This document shows positions 25,666 to 33,334 of a DNA stretch of 64,000 nucleotides, in pieces. Numbering within the stretch: position 1 is the stretch's first letter; each line of letters starts with the position of its first letter. Location: positions 23,967-87,966 of the forward strand of contig JAZNKS010000050.1 of assembly GCA_045578725.1 (NCBI GenBank), written 5' to 3'. Made by a program: the position numbers and the translations under genes. Source of the DNA: Candidatus Flemingiibacterium sp. (GTDB lineage Bacteria > Bacillota > Clostridia > Oscillospirales > CAG-272). The notes beneath the pieces are model-generated. The model did no database searches. It saw only the letters and a list, made by a program, of their open reading frames with translations, and was not told where the DNA came from.

Positions 25666-26778
25666 ATGAATATCATCACACCCGAAGCCGTGCACGGTGT
25701 TGTCAACCGCGCCCGCGGCACCGTCTTCTCCTATCAGGGCTGGCCGACCGTTGCCCGCGATGAAAACGGCACCCTCTATGCTGTCGCCTCCAGTATGCGT
25801 GTCAGCCACATCTGCCCCTTCGGCAAAACCGCCATGTACATCAGCCGTGACAACGGCAAGACCTGGACGCCGCCGATGATTATCAATGATACCTATCTGG
25901 ATGACCGCGATGCCGGCATTCTCTATATGGGAAACGGCCGGATGCTGATCACCTGGTTCACCCATCCCGCCGAGGCGTATCTGACCACCTACTATGATTG
26001 GATCAAAAACCACGCCGAGCCGGCTGCAGCCGCCGCCAATCTTGGCATGATGGCCGGTTACCGCTATCTGCCCGAGGAGGAGAAAAAGGGCGGCTCCTAT
26101 GTCCGCATCTCCGAAGACTACGGTGTCACCTGGAGCGAAAAGATCAAGGTTCCGGTATCCTCACCCCACGGCCCGAATCTCTGCCGCGACGGATCGCTGA
26201 TCTACCTCGGCAAGGAAATGTACGCCGAGCCGGAGCTTCCCAAGGGCGCACTCGCCGCTTATAAAAGCACCGACGGCGGCTATACCTGGGAAAAGCTTTC
26301 CGAGCTTGTCATTCCAGAAGGAACGGTGCTGAACAATTTCCACGAGCCTCATGTCATTGAGCTTCCCGATGGCCGCCTGTTCGGTGCCTACCGCCTGGAG
26401 CCCCGTGACAACATCAAGCTTTCGCACTTCTCCATCTACACCACCGTTTCCGAGGACGGCGGTAAGACCTGGAGCCCGCTCACGCCCACGGATGTCAGCG
26501 GATCGCCTCCTCATTTCCTGCTCCACTCGTCCGGTGCGCTGATCTGCACCTACGGCCGCCGCGAAGCTCCCTTCGGCGAGCGCGCAATGGTCAGCTGGGA
26601 TCTCGGCAAGACCTGGACCGATGACTACATCCTCGATGACAACTGCGTGGATTCCGACCTCGGCTATCCGTCCACCGTCGAGCTGGATGACGGAAGCCTG
26701 TTCACCGTCTACTATCAGAAGATTCACGGCGACGGCAACAAGTGCTCCATTCTCTATACCAACTGGAAGCTGAAATAA
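25666..26778 (+). CDS. BNR/Asp-box beta-propeller protein, sialidase-like superfamily; tandem paralogue 3
   Basis: 370 aa and collinear with paralogues 1 and 2. Asp-boxes are SRDNGKTW, SEDYGVTW, STDGGYTW, SEDGGKTW and SWDLGKTW. Confidence 0.75.
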   Translation: MNIITPEAVHGVVNRARGTVFSYQGWPTVARDENGTLYAVASSMRVSHICPFGKTAMYISRDNGKTWTPPMIINDTYLDDRDAGILYMGNGRMLITWFTHPAEAYLTTYYDWIKNHAEPAAAAANLGMMAGYRYLPEEEKKGGSYVRISEDYGVTWSEKIKVPVSSPHGPNLCRDGSLIYLGKEMYAEPELPKGALAAYKSTDGGYTWEKLSELVIPEGTVLNNFHEPHVIELPDGRLFGAYRLEPRDNIKLSHFSIYTTVSEDGGKTWSPLTPTDVSGSPPHFLLHSSGALICTYGRREAPFGERAMVSWDLGKTWTDDYILDDNCVDSDLGYPSTVELDDGSLFTVYYQKIHGDGNKCSILYTNWKLK

Positions 26779-26784
26779 TCAAAC

Positions 26785-26817
26785 AAGCGGAAGGCCTCGT
26801 TGCAGGGCCTTCCGCTT
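26785..26817 (+). other. GC-rich stem-loop between the last BNR gene and the MFS gene (possible attenuator or RNA stability/processing element)
   Basis: AAGCGGAAGGCC, 9-nt loop, GGCCTTCCGCTT (12-bp perfect stem). No T-run follows. Confidence 0.35.
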
Positions 26818-26850
26818 GTGCGCATACGATCCAAACAGGTGACCGAATTC

Positions 26851-28002
26851 ATGTCCAAAAAACTCACTCCCATTCTCATCGGCCTCTTTCTCTTTCCATG
26901 GGGCATTCAATGCCTGGTCGATAATTTTCTCCCGATTTATGTGGCCTCCCTTCCCTTTTCCACCGAGAAGACGATCGGTGAAATCTCCGCCATCGGCGCA
27001 ATTGTCACGATGATCTCCCAGCTGGTCTGGACCTCCTTTGCCGGAAAAGCAAGGGATAAAAGCCGGGTTCTGGCTCTCTCGCTGATTCTTCTTACCGTAT
27101 TCGCCCTGCTGTTTCTGCTCCCGATGACGAAGGCGCTTTTGATTCTGCTCACGGTGCTCTTCTACTCCTGCTATATGACCCATCAGCCGCTGATCGACAC
27201 GATCGCAGCCGAGAAGCATTCCGAAACCGCCCGATCCTTTGGCTGGTTCCGTTCCTTCGCCTCGCTGGGATATGCGGTATTCGGCCTTTTCTACACCTTC
27301 CTGCCGAGTGAACCGCCCTCCCTCTTTTTCATCTATGTCGCGGTTCTGGCCACGCTGGCCGCCGTCCTCTCCCTTCAGATCAAGGCACCGAGTATCGCCG
27401 CAAAGGAAAGCTCCGGTCCGTCCGGTCCATACATGAACCCGGATTTCATCCGCTTTCTGATCTATTCCTTCCTTCTCTTCCTATGCTCGCGGATGGTTGT
27501 CGCCTTCTTCTCGGTCTATTATTCGACCGACATGGGACTTGGCGGAAGCGTGAGTGTGTTCAGTCTTCTCATCAGCATTGCCACCATCGTCGAATGGCTG
27601 CTGATGCTGGTGCTCGGCAAGAAGATTGTCCGCACCGATGCCCGGTGGATCTTCCTGCTGACCGCGCTGATGGGCGTCTTCAAAGCGCTGGTCATCTTCA
27701 CGGTCCGGCACACGCTTCTGATGTTCGTCATCATCCTCTTCCATGCCGGCTTCTTTGCCCTGCTCTGGGCTTCGTCCACGCCGTACATACGCCGGATCGT
27801 CCCCGCAAACGGTCTGACCGCCGCGCAGGGGGTCTGGACCGTTGTAACCAGCGGTATTGCGCCCTTTGTCGGCTCCTACATCGGCGGCCTGTTCGCCGAG
27901 CACTTTGGTCTGCGGATGTTGTTTTTGCTGACCGCCGCACTTTTCTTGCTGCTGGCGCTTCTGACCCTTCTGCTGATCAAAAAGACTTCTCTTTCCGAAT
28001 AA
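26851..28002 (+). CDS. MFS transporter (substrate unknown)
   Basis: About 12 predicted hydrophobic helices. The ATG at 26851 follows AGGTGA. The track start at 26800 lies in the loop of the upstream hairpin. Confidence 0.75.
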   Translation: MSKKLTPILIGLFLFPWGIQCLVDNFLPIYVASLPFSTEKTIGEISAIGAIVTMISQLVWTSFAGKARDKSRVLALSLILLTVFALLFLLPMTKALLILLTVLFYSCYMTHQPLIDTIAAEKHSETARSFGWFRSFASLGYAVFGLFYTFLPSEPPSLFFIYVAVLATLAAVLSLQIKAPSIAAKESSGPSGPYMNPDFIRFLIYSFLLFLCSRMVVAFFSVYYSTDMGLGGSVSVFSLLISIATIVEWLLMLVLGKKIVRTDARWIFLLTALMGVFKALVIFTVRHTLLMFVIILFHAGFFALLWASSTPYIRRIVPANGLTAAQGVWTVVTSGIAPFVGSYIGGLFAEHFGLRMLFLLTAALFLLLALLTLLLIKKTSLSE

Positions 28003-28007
28003 AGAAA

Positions 28008-28039
28008 ACAGCCTCCGTGAAAAAACGGAGGCTGTTTTT
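28008..28039 (+). terminator. rho-independent terminator after the MFS gene
   Basis: ACAGCCTCCGT-GAAAAA-ACGGAGGCTGT followed by TTTT. Confidence 0.7.
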
Positions 28040-28051
28040 CCCTCCGGCCTC

Positions 28052-28080
28052 TTGCCAGACGGCGGGAGGTGTGCTATAAT
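28052..28080 (+). promoter_or_regulatory. sigmaA-type promoter of the oxidoreductase gene
   Basis: TTGCCA, 17 nt, TATAAT (28075-28080). Confidence 0.55.
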
Positions 28081-28130
28081 AAAGGTGGATCAACCGGCTT
28101 ATGCCGGCAAGCAAGAAAGGATATTCTGCC

Positions 28131-29267
28131 ATGAAACAGCTCCGAGTGGGCGTTGTCGGTCTTGGTCACCGCGGACGCCTCATGTATAAGCTGGCCTGCG
28201 AGGCCTTCGACAATGTCATTCCTGCCGCTGCCTGCGATATCCGCAGACACAACTGGTATGAAAAACAATGGCTGATGGATCAGCCGATGTGCGAAATCTT
28301 CCCGGACGCCGTTTTTTACGAGGATTATGACGAAATGCTGGAAAAAGCCGATCTCGACGTTGTGATCGTCGAAACCGGCGCCGATATTCACGCTTCCTTC
28401 TGCTGTAAGGCGCTGGAGCACAACATCAACGTTCTGACGGATATTCCGGTTGTCGCAAATCTCAAAGAGGCCGGGGATCTGTGGCAGGCCGCCGAAAAAT
28501 CGAAGGCCGCCATCTCCGTCGGTGCCAATCCGAACGAGCAGAAATTCGCCGTCATGCTGAAGGAATACTACGAATCCGGCAAGCTGGGTAATCCCCACTG
28601 CATGGAGGCGGAATACATCCATTGGAGCCTCCCGAACAGCGAGGAATCCCACGGTTTGAACGAAAATGGCGATTGGCGGCGGCTTCTGATCCCGATCCGC
28701 TACTGCACCCACTCCCTCGGCCCGCTGATGACCATCCTTAATGAGGAGCTCCGGTATGTCAGCTGCTTCGGAACCGGTATGCACGCCGACGATTATCCCG
28801 AAGGCACCAAAAAGGATGATATGATGTGCGCCCAGTTCCGGACGGAATCCGGTGTTGTCATCCGCCTGATGCGCAACGGACGGTGCCGTGCGGCCATCGG
28901 TCACCACAATTACCGTGTATTCGGCACAGAGGGCTACATGGAGCGGATCGACCGCTTCGATCAGCCGATGATCCGCTTCAATTCCACCAAAGACGGCGGA
29001 AAGCTGCAGGAGGTCAGCGGCGAATTCATGCCGCCCGCCTATGCGGACAATCCCAAGGCAGTCGGTCACGGCGGCATGGATTATGCGATGCTGGATCATT
29101 TCTTCACCGCGATCGCCGAAGGCAAGCCGGTGCCGATCTCCCTGCGCGAGGGCCTTGCCATGACCCTGCCCGGCATCTACGCCGAGGAATCGGCCAGGCG
29201 CGGCGGCAAGGTTCTGGCCATGCGCTATCCGTGGGACGAGGACTGGACAACCGAAATTGAGGAATAA
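28131..29267 (+). CDS. Gfo/Idh/MocA family NAD(P)-dependent oxidoreductase
   Basis: N-terminal Rossmann motif LRVGVVGLGHRG, then the typical alpha/beta C-terminal domain. The ATG at 28131 follows AAAGGA. Confidence 0.82.
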   Translation: MKQLRVGVVGLGHRGRLMYKLACEAFDNVIPAAACDIRRHNWYEKQWLMDQPMCEIFPDAVFYEDYDEMLEKADLDVVIVETGADIHASFCCKALEHNINVLTDIPVVANLKEAGDLWQAAEKSKAAISVGANPNEQKFAVMLKEYYESGKLGNPHCMEAEYIHWSLPNSEESHGLNENGDWRRLLIPIRYCTHSLGPLMTILNEELRYVSCFGTGMHADDYPEGTKKDDMMCAQFRTESGVVIRLMRNGRCRAAIGHHNYRVFGTEGYMERIDRFDQPMIRFNSTKDGGKLQEVSGEFMPPAYADNPKAVGHGGMDYAMLDHFFTAIAEGKPVPISLREGLAMTLPGIYAEESARRGGKVLAMRYPWDEDWTTEIEE

Positions 29268-29271
29268 AATG

Positions 29272-29300
29272 CTCCTCCGGAGGCAGGGCCTCCGGAGGAG
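29272..29300. terminator. bidirectional terminator hairpin between convergent genes
   Basis: CTCCTCCGGAGG, 5-nt loop, CCTCCGGAGGAG, flanked by AAAAT upstream and TCTTCTTT downstream. Confidence 0.6.
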
Positions 29301-29306
29301 TCTTCT

Positions 29307-29753
29307 TTACAGCGTATGGATAACCAGGAGTCCGAGAAGAATGAGGATTCCGGCGACAACCGTACAGCCGACAGCGCCCCAAACGGCATCCCGCCGCTCG
29401 CGCACCAGAATCATTGTCCCCGGATGTTGGGGATCGATCAGCAGATCGACCTCGCCGCCCTCTGCGGGAATCCGATCCCGGCTGAAGCGGTGCGATGTGT
29501 AGACATGGCGGAAGTCGCCGTCCCATTCATAGCGGATCAGCGGCTTGTACATGGTTGTCGTCCGATATTTTCCGGTCTTCACCTGCTCCTCATCGGCCAG
29601 ATGATTCACCGTTCCCTTTACAGAACAGATGCATCCGCGTGTCCGGATGAGAAACACGACCTCACGGACCGCACCGACAATCGCCAGTACCGCCATGGCA
29701 AGGAAGGCAATAAGCGCCAGCCCGCCCCGGATTATCAGCTCAGCAAATCCCAT
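29307..29753 (-). CDS. DUF3592 domain-containing membrane protein
   Basis: TM helix, beta-rich middle region and C-terminal TM helix, which matches my recollection of DUF3592. Confidence 0.6.
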   Translation of the reverse strand: MGFAELIIRGGLALIAFLAMAVLAIVGAVREVVFLIRTRGCICSVKGTVNHLADEEQVKTGKYRTTTMYKPLIRYEWDGDFRHVYTSHRFSRDRIPAEGGEVDLLIDPQHPGTMILVRERRDAVWGAVGCTVVAGILILLGLLVIHTL

Positions 29754-29757
29754 CGGC

Positions 29758-30747
29758 TTACCGCATTTTGTTCAGCGCATCCCAGGCGATATCCGCATAG
29801 AAGCGGTGGCCTTCCTCGCCGACAACGTGTGCGATCCGCTCCGGAACACCGGCGGCCTCGTATGCCTTGCGGCCGATTTCCACCATCTCCGTCGCTTCCT
29901 TGATCGGGAAGATCGGATCCTTCGCACCGTTGACAACAACGAGGCGGCGGGGAGCGGTCATGCAGAGCAGTTCGCTCATATCAAAATAATCGAGAATGCG
30001 CGGCACATAATTGCAGGCGCAGTGATTCATCGCGCCGATGGATGCCGCAAAGGAGGATACCGCGCAGGACGGAACGGTGCCGGCCAGACGGGTTTCCAGC
30101 GCGCCGCAGTAGGTGGATGCGGTGCCGCCTCCGGAGTTGCCCAGTGTGTAGATTTCATCTGCACGGCAGTAGCCGGACAAATCGTCAAGCAGCAGATCGA
30201 CCAGCCGCATAACGTCCCAGACACGCTCACCGATGGTGGTACGGCCGATCAGCAGATTCGTCATCGAAGGTTCGATGCATTTCGGTCCCTTTTCGTCGCC
30301 GCCGCACTCGCCGAAATTACGCTGCTCCAGCGCGATGGCGCAGAAGCCTTCCTTCACGGCGCGGATGCAGAAATCGCGGTCGCCTGCCACCTGCTCGCCC
30401 GGATACTTTGTACGGCCAAGGCTGATGTGCATACCCTTGCTGTGGCCCTGCATACAGATCACCGTCGGAAGCGGCAGCGCGGCATCCTTGGGCAGCAGCA
30501 TATGGCAGGGAACAAAATAGCCCGGCTCGGTTTCATAGCGGAAGCGGATTTCACGGAAATCAGCCTCCTCGCGGTCGAATTCAATCTCCAGCTTCTTTTC
30601 GCAGGGAATCATGCGATCAAGGCCTACCAGCTCGGCAAGCTTGGCGCGGGCGCGCTCCTGCCACTTTTCCAGCGGCTCCGTGCCGTCCCAGCGCATCGAG
30701 GGTTTGGCCATGGCGGCCAGCTTCTTTATATTTTCATAAGGTGTCAT
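29758..30747 (-). CDS. alpha/beta hydrolase (putative carbohydrate/acetyl esterase, dienelactone-hydrolase-like)
   Basis: Nucleophile elbow GNSGGG, and a C-terminal GAKDPIFP ... HRF pattern. The ATG at 30747 follows AAGGAGG. There is no signal peptide. Confidence 0.7.
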   Translation of the reverse strand: MTPYENIKKLAAMAKPSMRWDGTEPLEKWQERARAKLAELVGLDRMIPCEKKLEIEFDREEADFREIRFRYETEPGYFVPCHMLLPKDAALPLPTVICMQGHSKGMHISLGRTKYPGEQVAGDRDFCIRAVKEGFCAIALEQRNFGECGGDEKGPKCIEPSMTNLLIGRTTIGERVWDVMRLVDLLLDDLSGYCRADEIYTLGNSGGGTASTYCGALETRLAGTVPSCAVSSFAASIGAMNHCACNYVPRILDYFDMSELLCMTAPRRLVVVNGAKDPIFPIKEATEMVEIGRKAYEAAGVPERIAHVVGEEGHRFYADIAWDALNKMR

Positions 30748-30793
30748 CGGTATTTCCTCCTTAAACCTTCCCATTTCGGGAATCTTCGGCTTT

Positions 30794-30823
30794 AGTTTAG
30801 CACAGCCGCGCCGGCATTGTCAA
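30794..30823 (-). promoter_or_regulatory. candidate promoter for the esterase operon
   Basis: The minus strand reads TTGACA, 18 nt, TGcTAAACT (extended -10-like). Confidence 0.4.
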
Positions 30824-30905
30824 GGTATTTGCCGAAAAAAAAGCGAAAACCTGAAATTCCGGTACAAAATGTTCGAATATAACCGAATTTTTTTCCGTGA
30901 AACGA

Positions 30906-30934
30906 TAGACAACGCCGCCAAGTTGTGGTATAAT
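30906..30934 (+). promoter_or_regulatory. promoter of the MBL-gltX-glnS-metY operon
   Basis: TAGACA, 17 nt, TATAAT with TGG immediately upstream (extended -10). Confidence 0.5.
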
Positions 30935-30966
30935 ATAATATCATACATTTCTGCGGAGGATACGCC

Positions 30967-31611
30967 ATGGAACAACTGAAAATCATCTGTCTTCCGCTGG
31001 GAGCCATGCACACCAACTGCTATCTTGTCTTCGATCCCGCCACCCACGAGGGCTGTGTCATCGACCCGGGCGGTGAAACGCCCGGGCAGGGTGCGGATAA
31101 GATTCTGGCCCGGCTGGCCGCCGAATCCGTGCAGCTGAAATTCATTCTGCTCACCCATGCGCATTTTGATCATATGCTTTCGCTCGCCCGTCTGCGCGAA
31201 GCGACCGGCGCGCCGCTGGCTGTTCATCAATACGATGCCGATGCACTGGCCGATCCGAATCTCACCTACATGGCGCAGTTTGCCGGCATCCGCACACCGG
31301 AGAAGCCGGCCGAGCAGCTTCTGTCCCACGGCAGCCGTCTGATGCTGGGGGCACACACGCTGGAGGTGCTTCACACGCCCGGCCATACCGCCGGCTCCGT
31401 CACGCTGAAGGGGGACGGCTTTCTCATCACCGGCGATACGCTCTTCCGCGGCTCCGTCGGACGGTGCGATCTCTTCGGCGGCGATGAAATGGCGCTGCTC
31501 CAGTCCCTGAAGCAGCTGCGTTCACTGGACGGTGATTACAAGATCTACGCCGGCCACGGCTCCACCACCACTCTTTCCCGTGAGAGGGAATGCAATGTTT
31601 ATATGCGATAA
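30967..31611 (+). CDS. MBL-fold metallo-hydrolase (hydroxyacylglutathione-hydrolase-like)
   Basis: LLTHAHFDH metal motif and a later TPGHTAGS segment. Confidence 0.85.
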   Translation: MEQLKIICLPLGAMHTNCYLVFDPATHEGCVIDPGGETPGQGADKILARLAAESVQLKFILLTHAHFDHMLSLARLREATGAPLAVHQYDADALADPNLTYMAQFAGIRTPEKPAEQLLSHGSRLMLGAHTLEVLHTPGHTAGSVTLKGDGFLITGDTLFRGSVGRCDLFGGDEMALLQSLKQLRSLDGDYKIYAGHGSTTTLSRERECNVYMR

Positions 31612-31631
31612 TCACGAAAGGATAACCGACC

Positions 31632-33317
31632 ATGGATTATAATCTTTTAGCCGATCTTCTCTTCCCGGATATCACCGCCCTTCCCGCCGATATGGAAGCG
31701 CGCTATCCGCAGCGCCAGCTTCCCGAGGGAGCGAAGGTCACCCGTTTTGCCCCCAGCCCCACCGGTTTTGTTCACTTCGGCGGACTCTTTCCGTCCACCG
31801 TCGGCGAGCGTCTGGCTCACCAGAGCGGCGGCGTCTTCTTTCTCCGCATCGAGGATACCGATGCCAAGCGCGAGGTCGAGGGCGCGGCCGAAGGCCTGAT
31901 CCGCACGCTGGCCACCTACGGCATCCACTTTGACGAGGGTGCGATTCTCGACGAAAACGGCGTTATCGCCGATCAGGGCATCTACGGTCCCTACCGCCAG
32001 TCCGGGCGCGCCGAAATCTATCAGACCTTTGCAAAGCAGCTGGTCCGCGAGGGCAAGGCTTATCCCTGCTTCACCACCGAGGAGGAGCTGGATGAGCTGC
32101 AGCAGATCAACAAGAAGGAAGAGCTGAAAAATACCGACTGGCAGGCCGAGGCTGAGGCCAGACGCGCCGAAATGCTGGCCCGCCGGAATTTCACGCTTGA
32201 AGAGGTCAAGGAGCATCTGGCGGCCGGTCATCCGTTTGTCCTGCGCATCCTGGCCGACGGCGATCCCGAGAAAAAGATCAAGTTCACCGACCTTGTCAAG
32301 GGCACGATCGACGTACCGGAAAACGATGAGGATTTCGTTCTGCTGAAGTCCGACGGCATCCCGACCTATCACTTCGCGCACGCGGTGGATGACCATCTGA
32401 TGGGCACCACCCATGTCATCCGCGGCGAGGAATGGCTCCCCAGCCTCCCCAAGCATATCCAGCTGTTCCGCTTCCTCGGCTTCCGGCTGCCCAAGTATAT
32501 GCACATCTCGCAGATCATGAAGCTGGATGAGGCCGGCAACAAGAAGAAGCTCTCCAAGCGCGACATGGGCGCCAACATGGACGATTACACCCGCATGGGC
32601 TACTGTCCGGAGGCGGTCTGCGAATACATCATGACCCTGCTCAACTCCAACTACGAGGAGTGGCATATGCAGAATCCCGACAAGCCCTACACGGACTTCC
32701 CCTTCAACATCAAGAAGATGTCCACCTCCGGCTGTCTGTTCGATTTCGACAAGCTTAACGATGTATCGAAGAATGTCATTGCCCGCATGGATGCAAAGTC
32801 TGTCACCGAAAAGGTCACCGAGTGGGCGCTGGCCTTCGATCCCGCCTTCGGAAAGGCGCTTGCCGGTGATCCCGCCTTCGCCGAAAAAATTTTCGCCATC
32901 GGCCGCGGCGGCAAGAAGCCACGCAAGGATTTAGCAACCTGGGCCGATGCCAAGCCCTACATGGGATTCTTCTATGATGAATTCCACACGCTGGAGGATT
33001 CCTATCCCGAAACCTTCGCCGTCTCCGACATCAAAACCGCATTGGAGGGATTCCTTGCCACCTTTGCCATCACCGATGACATGAATACCTGGTTTGACAA
33101 GGTCAAGGCCATCGCCGAGTCGCTCGGTTTTGCCTCCGATATGAAGGCTTACAAGGCCGATCCGTCCGCCTTCAAGGGCAATGTCGCCGACATCAGTATG
33201 TTCATCCGCGTTGCCGTCACCGGCAAGATGAACGCTCCGGATCTCTACACCGTCATGCAGATTCTCGGCACCGATCGGGTAAGCGCCCGCATCAACGCTA
33301 TGATCGCATCTTTATAA
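31632..33317 (+). CDS. gltX: glutamate--tRNA ligase
   Basis: TRFAPSPTGFVHFGG (HIGH-region variant) and KLSKR (KMSKS). 561 aa. Confidence 0.9.
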   Translation: MDYNLLADLLFPDITALPADMEARYPQRQLPEGAKVTRFAPSPTGFVHFGGLFPSTVGERLAHQSGGVFFLRIEDTDAKREVEGAAEGLIRTLATYGIHFDEGAILDENGVIADQGIYGPYRQSGRAEIYQTFAKQLVREGKAYPCFTTEEELDELQQINKKEELKNTDWQAEAEARRAEMLARRNFTLEEVKEHLAAGHPFVLRILADGDPEKKIKFTDLVKGTIDVPENDEDFVLLKSDGIPTYHFAHAVDDHLMGTTHVIRGEEWLPSLPKHIQLFRFLGFRLPKYMHISQIMKLDEAGNKKKLSKRDMGANMDDYTRMGYCPEAVCEYIMTLLNSNYEEWHMQNPDKPYTDFPFNIKKMSTSGCLFDFDKLNDVSKNVIARMDAKSVTEKVTEWALAFDPAFGKALAGDPAFAEKIFAIGRGGKKPRKDLATWADAKPYMGFFYDEFHTLEDSYPETFAVSDIKTALEGFLATFAITDDMNTWFDKVKAIAESLGFASDMKAYKADPSAFKGNVADISMFIRVAVTGKMNAPDLYTVMQILGTDRVSARINAMIASL

Positions 33318-33334
33318 ACGAAAGGATTACCGCT

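Noticed and set aside
23364-26778. Periodic repetition that could superficially suggest a repeat array or CRISPR.
   Set aside because: The period is about 1.15 kb and each unit is a full-length protein-coding paralogue with its own RBS. No short direct repeats with spacers occur anywhere in the window.
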